NCBI GenBank assembly: GCA_963721805.1
Contig: CAVRJY010000001.1
Coordinates: forward strand, 1,024,001-1,088,000
Source of the DNA: Nitrospirota bacterium
GTDB lineage: Bacteria > Nitrospirota > Thermodesulfovibrionia > Thermodesulfovibrionales > JdFR-86
Reading direction: 5' to 3'
DNA length: 64,000 nt
The notes beneath the pieces are model-generated. The model was not told the DNA's origin. It worked only from the letters and a program-made list of their open reading frames with translations, and searched no databases. Every line of letters begins with the position of its first letter. The first letter of the stretch is position 1. Shown here one piece after another: positions 9,036 through 18,118 of this stretch. A program made the translations under genes and the position numbers.

Positions 9036-9839
9036 ATGCCCCAGCCCCGCCGGGCCGATGAGCGAGGCGCGGAGCTTGCCGCCTCCGCACGCAACCCGGA
9101 CATCGCTCCGGACGCGGCGCTCGCCCTGCTCAAAAACAATTCGCTTCCGCCCGAGGCGGTATCGCTCATAGCCCTGAACCCGCGCCTGAGCGGGTCTTAC
9201 AAGATCAAGCGCGCCGTTGCGAACCACCCAGGCTGCCCCCTTAAGCTCGCGCTGTCTATGCTTAAACACCTCCGCATATTCGACCTCGCCGATATCACGA
9301 GAAACCGCTTCGTTAAGGCCGAGCTGCGCCATAAGGTCGAACTCATGATCGACGAGCGGCTCTCGGCGCTCCCGGCAGGGGTGAAGATCGCGCTGATCAA
9401 GCGCTGCAGCCCCGAGCTGATCGTCCGCATAATGGAAAAGAGTGAGTCACACGTGATCGCGGCCTGCCTCGACAGCCCGCTCATGACCGAGTCGCGGCTT
9501 TATGGGATTGTGGTTAAGCACTCCACGCATGCCCCGGTCATCCGGGCCGTGGCCGAGCACCCGAGGTGGAGCCTCCGCTATGACATCCGCATGGCGCTCG
9601 TGCGCAACTTCCATACCCCGATGGCTAGGGTCGTTGAGTTCATCGAGCACCTCCGCGCGACCGACCTCGAACTCCTCTATCAAGACCCCTCGCTCCCCTC
9701 GGCCACGCGGCCCTTCATCCATCAGGCCCTGGGCGAGCGCGCCACTAGGCCGGTATGGCCGGACGAGATCACGGAGGAGCGCCACGAGATCCCCGAGGAC
9801 GCGGACGAGGGGATCTTCGATCCGCCGGACGGGGAGTGA
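9036..9839 (+). CDS. Hypothetical helical-repeat protein (HEAT/LRV-like)
   Basis: Repeated ..NP.. / HP.W..Y.I..ALVRN.HTP units; GAGG before ATG 9036. Confidence 0.7.
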   Translation: MPQPRRADERGAELAASARNPDIAPDAALALLKNNSLPPEAVSLIALNPRLSGSYKIKRAVANHPGCPLKLALSMLKHLRIFDLADITRNRFVKAELRHKVELMIDERLSALPAGVKIALIKRCSPELIVRIMEKSESHVIAACLDSPLMTESRLYGIVVKHSTHAPVIRAVAEHPRWSLRYDIRMALVRNFHTPMARVVEFIEHLRATDLELLYQDPSLPSATRPFIHQALGERATRPVWPDEITEERHEIPEDADEGIFDPPDGE

Positions 9840-9914
9840 GAGACCGCGCCCCTTTATTGAAGTAAGATGCGATGATAGACTATTATGATATATCCGGGGG
9901 GCACAGGGAGACGT

Positions 9915-11216
9915 GTGATATTCGATTTCATCATCAAGAAGCTGTTCAGGCCGCAGGCCGAGACAGCGGTGCAATGGCCGATCAAGGCCCGGACGTGGGC
10001 CGTGGGCGGCGGCAAGGGCGGAGTAGGCAAGAGCTTCATCTCATCCGCGATGGCATGCGCCCTGGCGCAGGGCGGCAAGCGCGTGATCCTGGTCGACGCC
10101 GACCTCGGCGGGGCGAACCTGCATACGATGTTCGGCATCAAGCTCCCGGAGCGCACCTTAAACGACTTCCTGCTTAAAAAGTACAAGACCATGCCCGAGA
10201 TCATGCTCCCGACCCTGATCCCCACCCTGAGCCTGATCTGCGGCGCCTCTGACATGCTCGAACTCTCAAACCCCGGCTACGCGCAGCGCAAGCGGCTCAT
10301 AAGGGGGCTTGCGGAGCTACAGGCTGATTTCGTGATAATCGACGTGGGCGCGGGATCGAGCTACCAGAACCTCGACTTCTTCAACGCGGCCGAGGTCGGC
10401 ATCATCGTGGCCTGCCCCACGCCCACTGCCATACAAAACGCATACAGCTTCCTGAAGATGGCCCTGCACCGCAGGATCACCGGCGTCCTGCCGCCGGACC
10501 AGGCGGTAAGGGCCAGCGCCACCGCCCTGCTCGAAGGCGACGGCCGCGTGCGCGACATCGACAGCTTCATCGAGGCCATGCGCGGCGTCGACGCCAAGAC
10601 CGCCGCGCGCATAAGCGAGGCGATGTCGGCGAGCCATTACCGCCTTATCGTGAACATGGCGTCGGGCGAGGAGGGCGGGAAGATCGCAGGGGCTATGGCC
10701 GCTACGGCTTACAAGCACCTGAGCGTCAAGCTCCCGTGCCTCGGCATGATAGAGAAAAGCCCGGAGATCGACGCCTCGATCCGCAAGATGGAGCCGCTGA
10801 TGGTCGGCGTGCGCAAGGGCGGCGCGGTCGCGGACGCGATCAGGCGCGTGACCGAAAACGCCCTGAAGGGCAAGGCCACCCTGACCCTGGGCGGCGACGG
10901 CGAAAAGAAACACGTCACTATCAGGTCCTCGGGGGCATCCAATAACCAAAGCGGCCTCAACGAGGACGTGGTGCACGACGGCCTGACGCTCCATGTCCAG
11001 ACCGAGGACCTCGGGGCGCAGCTTTGCAGGATACAGACGCTCGTCTACTCCGGCGGACGGATAGTGTTTTCGAAGTCCACCGACTACGGCGAGATCCCGG
11101 AGGAGGGCGATCCCGGCAAGGCCGTGATGGAAAAGCTGCTCTGGCAGCATTCGGCCATCATAGCCGGGATCAGGGCCGGGAAGCTCAAGAGCCGCATGGA
11201 CCGGCTGGAGGCATAA
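9915..11216 (+). CDS. FlhG/MinD-family ATPase with extra C-terminal domain
   Basis: GGGKGGVGKS deviant Walker A, DADLGGANLH, IIDVGAG motifs; C-terminal HVQTED domain. Confidence 0.85.
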   Translation: MIFDFIIKKLFRPQAETAVQWPIKARTWAVGGGKGGVGKSFISSAMACALAQGGKRVILVDADLGGANLHTMFGIKLPERTLNDFLLKKYKTMPEIMLPTLIPTLSLICGASDMLELSNPGYAQRKRLIRGLAELQADFVIIDVGAGSSYQNLDFFNAAEVGIIVACPTPTAIQNAYSFLKMALHRRITGVLPPDQAVRASATALLEGDGRVRDIDSFIEAMRGVDAKTAARISEAMSASHYRLIVNMASGEEGGKIAGAMAATAYKHLSVKLPCLGMIEKSPEIDASIRKMEPLMVGVRKGGAVADAIRRVTENALKGKATLTLGGDGEKKHVTIRSSGASNNQSGLNEDVVHDGLTLHVQTEDLGAQLCRIQTLVYSGGRIVFSKSTDYGEIPEEGDPGKAVMEKLLWQHSAIIAGIRAGKLKSRMDRLEA

Positions 11217-11246
11217 AAGAAAAGGGCCGGGCTTCCGCCCGGCCCT
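11216..11246 (-). terminator. Intrinsic terminator between convergent genes
   Basis: AGGGCCGGGC / GCCCGGCCCT stem with U-tract on the minus strand. Confidence 0.75.
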
Positions 11247-11276
11247 CCGAATGGCCCATCCGCTGGTGCGCGTTTA

Positions 11277-12044
11277 TTACTTAGCCGCTGTGGCCTGGGA
11301 TATGATGTCCTGGGCGGTCATGCCGCTGCCGCGCTTGCCGTTCGGAAATATGAGCGTCGGGGTGCCCTGCACGCCGAGTTTTTCGCCGAGGGCGAGGTTG
11401 TCGTCAATGACCTTCGTATCGCACGACGGCTGCGGGATGCTCTTTTTGGCGAAGGCGTCCTCGAGCATCCTCAGGGCCTTGGCCTTGTCCCTCTCGCAGG
11501 CGATGGCCTTGGACTTCCTGTAAGAATCCGGGTGTATGCTCTTAAGCGGGAAGAGCTTTATGAAAAACGCGATGTCCTTGCGCTCCTTCACGACCTTGTC
11601 GAGCTCGGCCTGGAGCCTGACGCAGTAAGGGCAGTCGGGGTCGCTGAACACTATCACCTTGTACCTGGCCTTCGGGTCGCCCACGACTACCGCGTCGGCG
11701 AGGGGGATCTCGGAGGTGTTGACTTTGGTGATCTCCTCGAAGCGCTCCTTGGTGATGTTCTTCTTGGTGGCGACGTCCAGGAGCGAGCCCATGATGATGT
11801 ATTTGCCTTCCCTGTCGATATACAGGATGCCGGTCTGGCCGTTGCTCTTGATGTCCACCTCATAAAGACCGATAGGCGCGGGGTGAAACCCCAGGATAGT
11901 CGCGTCGGGCGCCAAGGTCCTTATCACCTTGAGCGCTTTTTCCCTGGTCATCTCGGCCGAGGCGCTCCCGCACGACATGAACGAGAAGGCGAGAAGCAGG
12001 GCCGAGGCCATAAGCGGAAGCATAAACCTTGACGATATGCGCAT
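11277..12044 (-). CDS. dsbC: DsbC-family thiol:disulfide isomerase
   Basis: Signal peptide, FSDPDCPYC active site, GVQGTPT cis-Pro loop. Confidence 0.9.
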   Translation of the reverse strand: MRISSRFMLPLMASALLLAFSFMSCGSASAEMTREKALKVIRTLAPDATILGFHPAPIGLYEVDIKSNGQTGILYIDREGKYIIMGSLLDVATKKNITKERFEEITKVNTSEIPLADAVVVGDPKARYKVIVFSDPDCPYCVRLQAELDKVVKERKDIAFFIKLFPLKSIHPDSYRKSKAIACERDKAKALRMLEDAFAKKSIPQPSCDTKVIDDNLALGEKLGVQGTPTLIFPNGKRGSGMTAQDIISQATAAK

Positions 12045-12207
12045 TTATTCTCCTTTTTTTAAGGCGTAGTAACCGTATAATAATCCTAATTCCCGGCCGA
12101 ACGCAACTGCCGCCCGCCAATTGCGGCAACGGCCGGCCCGACGCCCGTATGCGGCCTCAGCGAGCGCGATTTGGCATAAAATTCCGGAAAGTTATATAAT
12201 AATACTT

Positions 12208-12504
12208 ATGGAACGTGTGATTTGCCAGCGGTTTTGCGCCTTTTATAAGGCGGAAAAAGAGGGGATGAAGTGCGGCACTGTCGAATTCCTCGAGCGCAAC
12301 CTCACGAAGGCCGAGATCGAGTCCTCGGCCGGGCAGGCGCGGCCCCTGCGCGGCGCCTCAGCGCATGACGATGACATCAGGCGCATCGTCTGCGAGAGCG
12401 TTTGCGAGTTCCTCAAGACCGACGACTGTGACTTCAGGCTTGGCCTGGATTCGCCCCCCTGCGGCGGCTACTCGGTAGTGGCTTCGCTCCTCGAAGTGAA
12501 ATAG
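12208..12504 (+). CDS. Cys-rich hypothetical protein
   Basis: ICQRFCAFYK..CG..C...CEF...DCDF...PPCGGY; TATAAT shortly upstream. Confidence 0.65.
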   Translation: MERVICQRFCAFYKAEKEGMKCGTVEFLERNLTKAEIESSAGQARPLRGASAHDDDIRRIVCESVCEFLKTDDCDFRLGLDSPPCGGYSVVASLLEVK

Positions 12505-12536
12505 CTTTATTTTCGCCTTCCTCTTGTCTTAAAAAT

Positions 12537-13301
12537 ATGTTATCTTTTCCGATGGACATCGGGGCGCGCTTCTCCGGTATATTCCAAAACCTCATCGATG
12601 ACATCTATAGCGAACCGGTTATGAGGGCCATCGACGAGGGGTTAGTGCGCATCGCGTCGGGCACCGGCTATAGGGGGGTGGCGGATGCCCTCAGAGCGCT
12701 CGAGGCGGCTGAGGCGGGGGCGCGGGAGCTGGCGCTTTTGGAGCTGTATGTCCAGCTGCATTCCGCGGGCTCAGAGTATTCCCAGCCGGAGTATGACGGC
12801 CTCCGGGCCGCGGCCGGGATCGGAAACCTCCCCGGCGGGCTCGCCCCGCTCGTGATCGCCTCGGAGCTGATCGGCCCGGCGAGCACCGTCGCTGACCTCG
12901 GGGCCGGAAACGGCCTGCAAGGCCTGCTCATGCAGCATATCGCCCCGCATGCCCTGACGATACAGGTCGAGCTCTCCGGCCGCATGATCGAGGCCGGCAG
13001 GGCTATGCAGCGCGCGCTCGGCGTCAAGGACGGCCGGATAAGGTGGGTACACGGGGACCTGGCCGTCTCTTACGTTGAGGAAGATGCGGATTTGATTTAT
13101 CTATACCGCCCGGTGAAGCCCCACGGGTGCGGAAACGCGATCTATGCCGCGCTCGCCAAGCGCATATGCCGGTCCCGGAAGGTGCGTCATATCATCAGCC
13201 TCGCCGACTGCCTTGGCCGCCATCTCGCCGGAGGGCCCTTTGGCGTGGCCTTCAGCAACGAGTACCTGACGGTCTTTGAGAGGCGTCAGTCCCCGTGGTG
13301 A
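12537..13301 (+). CDS. Putative class I SAM-dependent methyltransferase
   Basis: VADLGAGNG motif I, DLIYLYRP. Confidence 0.75.
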   Translation: MLSFPMDIGARFSGIFQNLIDDIYSEPVMRAIDEGLVRIASGTGYRGVADALRALEAAEAGARELALLELYVQLHSAGSEYSQPEYDGLRAAAGIGNLPGGLAPLVIASELIGPASTVADLGAGNGLQGLLMQHIAPHALTIQVELSGRMIEAGRAMQRALGVKDGRIRWVHGDLAVSYVEEDADLIYLYRPVKPHGCGNAIYAALAKRICRSRKVRHIISLADCLGRHLAGGPFGVAFSNEYLTVFERRQSPW

Positions 13302-13525
13302 TGATGGTGCCCGGTGCCCTCGGCTGGCCCGGCTGCCTCGATCGCACGCTTAAACAGCTCGTCGAGCATCGAGGACTCAAGCGCGACCTCTTTTAGAATC
13401 TGCGCGAGGTCGTCCCTGCCCATGGTCTCTGCCCTGCCCGCCCATTCGGCGTAGCTCTTTACGTGGCCCTCGTTGTGCTCGAGCCAGTGCTCGAGCTGGT
13501 AGCGTAGTTTTTCGATATCGTCCAT
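13286..13525 (-). CDS. Small helical His-rich protein (possible metal binding)
   Basis: KL...LEHWLEHNEGH...Y.EWA motif and C-terminal HHHHH. Confidence 0.75.
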   Translation of the reverse strand: MDDIEKLRYQLEHWLEHNEGHVKSYAEWAGRAETMGRDDLAQILKEVALESSMLDELFKRAIEAAGPAEGTGHHHHHGD

Positions 13526-13585
13526 AATCTCAGGCTTTCTCCTTGTCGCCCGTGCGCCGGGTTTCCCTTTAGGTTAAAATTACGG

Positions 13586-14359
13586 ATGCGAAATATCAAG
13601 CTGATTCTCGCGTATGACGGCACGGGGTTCGAGGGCTGGCAGCGCCAGCTCAGCGGCCGCACGGTGCAGGGGGTGGTCGAAGACGCGGTCGTGAGGCTCA
13701 CCGGCGCGCATTCGGACGTCCACTCGGCCGGCCGCACCGACGCCGGTGTGCATGCGCTGGGGCAGGTCGCGGCCTTCAGAACCGCATCCGCGCTCCCGGC
13801 CGGCACCGTCATGCGCGCCCTCAACGCGATGCTCCCGCCCGACGTGCGGGTGCTCGGCGCGCAGGACGCACCCGATGGGTTCCATCCCCGCTACGCCGCG
13901 CACTCCAAGCGCTACCGCTATCTCATACACATAAGCGCATGCCCCTCGCCGTTCGCCGCGCGGTATGTCTGGTGGCTGCCACATGCGCTCGATCTCAGCG
14001 CTATGCGCGAGGCGGCCCTCGAGCTTGTGGGCACGCACGACTTCAGGGCCTTCATGGCCTCGGGCTCCTCGGTCAAGACCACGGTGCGCACTATCACGGC
14101 CCTGACGATAGAAGAGGGCGGCGCGGTGCCGTTTCTCGGCATGGCGCTCGACGGGCGGCTTATAAGCATAACCGCAGAGGCCGACGGCTTCCTCAGGCAC
14201 ATGGTGCGCAACATCGCAGGGACGCTGGTCGAGGCAGGGAGCGGCAAGTGCCCGGCCGCGCAGATGCGCCGCATACTGCAATCGTGCGACCGGGGGCTCG
14301 CCGGGCCGACCGCACCCGGCCGCGGCCTGTTTATGGAGCAAGTTTATTATCCTGATTAG
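13586..14359 (+). CDS. truA: tRNA pseudouridine(38-40) synthase
   Basis: YDGTGFEGWQRQ, GRTDAGVHA, GFLRHMVR motifs. Confidence 0.97.
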   Translation: MRNIKLILAYDGTGFEGWQRQLSGRTVQGVVEDAVVRLTGAHSDVHSAGRTDAGVHALGQVAAFRTASALPAGTVMRALNAMLPPDVRVLGAQDAPDGFHPRYAAHSKRYRYLIHISACPSPFAARYVWWLPHALDLSAMREAALELVGTHDFRAFMASGSSVKTTVRTITALTIEEGGAVPFLGMALDGRLISITAEADGFLRHMVRNIAGTLVEAGSGKCPAAQMRRILQSCDRGLAGPTAPGRGLFMEQVYYPD

Positions 14360-14604
14360 TTGCCGCCTAGGATTTTGTCCTATATAATCCGTTATGAGGC
14401 CAAGACCGGTTATTGCGCCGATTCCGCTTAAGCGGGCTTTGCTGGTACGCGCCATGCCGGCGATATGTGTTATCATACGCGTTAATACTCATTTACGGGA
14501 TCGGTTGTTAGTACGCGGCGCATCCTCGATGGATTATCAGTCTGCATGCTTGACCAAGCCAAAGCGCTACGATACGACCCCATCAAACAAGGAGGTTAGC
14601 AACA

Positions 14605-15183
14605 TTGGCCAGACGCGGCGCGTTTAAGAGTGAGAAGCGAAGGAAAGAGATCGACCGCCTCAAGAAGCAGGAAGAGAAGCGGCAGAAGCGCTTTACGGCG
14701 GCACAGGCTGCCGTAAACGGCCAGCCCCCGGCCGCGGGCGAGGCCGCGGCCCCCAGGAGGGCCCAGAAGGGCGACTCGGTGAAGGTCCACTATACCGGCA
14801 CCCTCGACGACGGCACGGTGTTCGACTCCTCGCGTCCGCGCGGCGAGACTCTGGATTTCACGGTCGGAAGCGCGCAGCTTATTAAAGGCTTCAGCGACGC
14901 CGTAACCGGTATGGCCGCAGGCGAGACCAAGACCGTAAAGATGCCCTGGGCCGACGCTTATGGAGAGCGGCGCGAGGACATGGTGATGCGCGTGCCGCGG
15001 AAGGACTTTCCGGGCGCTATCGAGCCCGTAATAGGCATGCCGCTTAACGTGCGCCACCCAAGCGGAGGCGTCCTGGAAGTCGTCGTAACCGAGATAAGCG
15101 ATACGGTCGTCGTGCTGGACGCAAACCACCCGCTTGCGGGTAAGGACCTCACGTTCGAGATAGAACTCGTCGCGATAGCCTAA
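14605..15183 (+). CDS. slyD: FKBP-type PPIase (SlyD-like) with basic N-terminal extension
   Basis: KGDSVKVHYTGTLDDGTVFDSS, DANHPLAGKDLTF motifs; AAGGAGG before TTG. Confidence 0.85.
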   Translation: MARRGAFKSEKRRKEIDRLKKQEEKRQKRFTAAQAAVNGQPPAAGEAAAPRRAQKGDSVKVHYTGTLDDGTVFDSSRPRGETLDFTVGSAQLIKGFSDAVTGMAAGETKTVKMPWADAYGERREDMVMRVPRKDFPGAIEPVIGMPLNVRHPSGGVLEVVVTEISDTVVVLDANHPLAGKDLTFEIELVAIA

Positions 15184-15208
15184 ATAACGGAAGTGCATAT
15201 GGAGGTCG

Positions 15209-16816
15209 ATGGATTTGACGTATAAGAGTTTTTACGATTTTGGCATCTCGGACAAGGTGCTTGTGGCCCTCTCCGAGATGGGCTTCGAAGAGCCCACCCC
15301 GATTCAGAAGATGACAATCCCCCCGGTGCTCAAGGGCCGCGACGTGATAGGCCAGGCCCAGACCGGCACCGGCAAGACCGCCGCGTTCGGCATCCCGATA
15401 GTCGAGATGCGCGAGGAGGCCTCCAACAGCCGGTCGCCCTATGCGCTCGTGCTGGCCCCTACGAGGGAACTCGCTGTGCAGGTTGCGGAGGAGATAAGCA
15501 AGATAGGCGCGAAGGTCGGCGTCGTGCCTGTGCCGATATACGGCGGGCAGTCGATCGAGCTTCAGATCAAGAGGCTCAAAAAAGGCACTGACGTAGTAGT
15601 CGGCACCCCCGGACGGATGCTCGACCACCTCGAGAGAAGGACGCTGGACCTGAGCCGCGTGCGCATGGTCGTCCTGGACGAGGCCGACGAGATGCTCAAT
15701 ATGGGGTTTATCGAGGACATCACGAAGATCCTCGACAAGGTGCCCGCGGAGCGGCAGACGATGCTGTTTTCGGCCACCATGCCGCCCGCTATCATGCGCA
15801 TCGGCAAGCGCTACATGAAGGACGCCGAGCATATCGCGGTGGCCGCAAGCGACATGGTCGTCTCGAAGATCAAGCAGATTTATTACGAGATGCGCGAAGA
15901 GGACAAGGTCAACGCCCTTACCAGGCTTCTCGACGTCGAGGGCCCCTCGCTGACTCTCGTGTTCTGCCACACCAAACGCGAGGTCGATGACGTCGCCGGC
16001 AAGCTCCAGCGGATGGGATACCCCGCCGGTGCGATACACGGCGACTTCACCCAGAGCCACCGCGACGAGATGATGCGCAAGTTCAAGGGCGGCGACCTCG
16101 ACGTGCTCGTGGCCACGGACGTGGCCGCGCGCGGCCTCGACATCCCGGATGTCTCGCACGTCATAAACTTCAGCATACCGCAGGACCCGGAGGGCTACGT
16201 CCACCGCGTCGGGCGCACCGGCCGCGCCGGAAAGACCGGCATAGCGATCACGTTCGTCACGCCGAGGCAGTACCGCCAGCTGCGCATCATCGAGCAGTCG
16301 GCCAAGACCCGCATCAAGAAGGAACAGCTCCCTACTCTCGCGCAGGTCAAGCGCGCGCGCGAGGAGGACCTGATGGGGAGCGTTGAGGAGATCATAGGAG
16401 AGGGCGTCAAGGAGAGTTTCGTCCTCCTGGCCCGCGACCTCATGGAGAGGTTCCCGCCCGAGGAGGTCTGCGCCGCGGCGCTCTCGATCCTCTGGGGCGA
16501 GGACGAGGTGCAGGAGATAGTCGAGCAGTCGGCCTCGAAGCCGTCATACTCCGGCGGCCGCAAGGGCGACATCGTGCGCCTGTTCATGACCGTCGGCAAG
16601 AAGGACAACATCAAGGTCGGAGACATAGTGAAGTCCATCTCGGCCGAGGCCGGCATACCCGGCCGCCTGATCGGCAACATCGCTATGCTCGACAGCTACA
16701 GCTTCGTCGAGGTCCCGGCCAACCTGGCCGACAAGGTCGTGCTAGCCGTTAACGACAGCATACTGAAGGGCAAGAAGGTCCGCATCCAGCCCGCGAACGA
16801 GAAACAGCGGAAGTAG
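15209..16816 (+). CDS. DEAD-box RNA helicase with DbpA RNA-binding domain (DeaD/CshA-like)
   Basis: Q motif, AQTGTGKT, DEAD, SAT, HRVGRTGRAG; C-terminal DbpA-like domain. Confidence 0.95.
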   Translation: MDLTYKSFYDFGISDKVLVALSEMGFEEPTPIQKMTIPPVLKGRDVIGQAQTGTGKTAAFGIPIVEMREEASNSRSPYALVLAPTRELAVQVAEEISKIGAKVGVVPVPIYGGQSIELQIKRLKKGTDVVVGTPGRMLDHLERRTLDLSRVRMVVLDEADEMLNMGFIEDITKILDKVPAERQTMLFSATMPPAIMRIGKRYMKDAEHIAVAASDMVVSKIKQIYYEMREEDKVNALTRLLDVEGPSLTLVFCHTKREVDDVAGKLQRMGYPAGAIHGDFTQSHRDEMMRKFKGGDLDVLVATDVAARGLDIPDVSHVINFSIPQDPEGYVHRVGRTGRAGKTGIAITFVTPRQYRQLRIIEQSAKTRIKKEQLPTLAQVKRAREEDLMGSVEEIIGEGVKESFVLLARDLMERFPPEEVCAAALSILWGEDEVQEIVEQSASKPSYSGGRKGDIVRLFMTVGKKDNIKVGDIVKSISAEAGIPGRLIGNIAMLDSYSFVEVPANLADKVVLAVNDSILKGKKVRIQPANEKQRK

Positions 16817-16835
16817 CTATACGCTGATAAGATAA

Positions 16836-16871
16836 AAAAAGCCCGTCGCCTCGGTTGGCGACGGGCTTTTT
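16836..16871. terminator. Bidirectional intrinsic terminator
   Basis: AAAAAGCCCGTCGCC / GGCGACGGGCTTTTT. Confidence 0.9.
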
Positions 16872-16886
16872 GCATCCGCCCGATGT

Positions 16887-17912
16887 TTAATCCACGTAGC
16901 CGGTAACGGTATCTCCGAGGTGCACCGGCATGAAGCTGTCGGTAATGATCGAGAGCGCGGTCGTGCCGCGCACGTTTATGATCTGGATAGTTGCGTTGCG
17001 TTTGTTGGTGGTGCCCGGCTCGAGCACCTCGTACACGTCGCCGACCTTCACGCCGTCGTTATCGCCTTTGTCGATGAAGGCTATCTCCTCCGTGCCGTTT
17101 GTGTTGCGCATGTCGTCGGTGGCGATTACGCGCGCCCCGCTTAGCGCGGGCTTGTGCGGCTCGCCGGTGATGAACGGCGGCTCGACCTCGTAATACGTGT
17201 CAAGCGTGTCGCCAGTCTTTATGTCCCCGAACGACTCGACCACGCGCGCCTTGAGGTTATCGGTGCCGGCGTCCTCGAGCTGCACGGTGCCCATGACGCG
17301 GACGTACTGCCCGATAACAGGTGCGAACCAGACGCCGGGCTCGCGTACGGCCGTCACGTTGCGGATCACGAAGAACTTGTCTCCGGCCTCGGCCTTAGCG
17401 CGGGTCTTGACGAAGACCTCGTCGCCCTGGGCGAAATATTTGCGGTCGACCACGCTGCCCATCGTAGAGCCCATGACCTCGCCCTTGTCAGGAACATCGC
17501 GCGTTATGTAACCGTATGACAGCAGCATCTCGCGCGAGGCCAGCGCCGGGATGCTGTGCGTCTCGACCGGCACGGCTGCGGGCTTCGCGGGCTGAGCCTT
17601 CTGTGCCTGCGCCGCCGCTTCCTTTTTGACCTCGTTCAGGGTCGTCGGCTCCTGCTTGAGCCAGCTCTTGGGGATCCTGACCTTCTGGCCCGGATAGATG
17701 AGGTCGGGGTTCTTGATCTGGTTGTTCAGCTCCCAGAGCTTCGGCCAGAGGAACGAGTCCTTGAGCTCGACGCCCGAGATGCCCCAGAGCGTGTCGCCCT
17801 TCTGGATCGTGTACTCGTTGTACTCATAATCCTCCGCAGATGCGATCCCGAATGCAGCCAGTAAGAGCGCCGCGGCTATCAGATAAGCTATAGGTTTAAT
17901 TTTCATTGCCAT
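16887..17912 (-). CDS. LysM peptidoglycan-binding protein
   Basis: Signal peptide; YTIQKGDTLWGIS...WPKLW..N.QIKNPDLIYPGQ. Confidence 0.9.
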   Translation of the reverse strand: MAMKIKPIAYLIAAALLLAAFGIASAEDYEYNEYTIQKGDTLWGISGVELKDSFLWPKLWELNNQIKNPDLIYPGQKVRIPKSWLKQEPTTLNEVKKEAAAQAQKAQPAKPAAVPVETHSIPALASREMLLSYGYITRDVPDKGEVMGSTMGSVVDRKYFAQGDEVFVKTRAKAEAGDKFFVIRNVTAVREPGVWFAPVIGQYVRVMGTVQLEDAGTDNLKARVVESFGDIKTGDTLDTYYEVEPPFITGEPHKPALSGARVIATDDMRNTNGTEEIAFIDKGDNDGVKVGDVYEVLEPGTTNKRNATIQIINVRGTTALSIITDSFMPVHLGDTVTGYVD

Positions 17913-18039
17913 CTCCTTGTTATATAAAGATATATTAGATTCAAAAAAGAGTCAAGCCTTTTGTGCGCGTGGCCGAAAAAACCTCCGGCCGGCGACGGTG
18001 CGCCGTTAACCCATTTGAAATGACAATCCCCCATTCATT

Positions 18040-18093
18040 ATGATAATCATGCTATTAATGATACTTACAATAATCATGATACTCATGATATAG
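18040..18093 (+). CDS. Putative leader peptide MIIMLLMILTIIMILMI upstream of hom
   Basis: 17 codons encoding only Met/Ile/Leu/Thr, ending 25 nt before the hom start. Confidence 0.5.
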   Translation: MIIMLLMILTIIMILMI

Positions 18094-18118
18094 AAAACGT
18101 TTTTCGAGGAGGCGTGCC

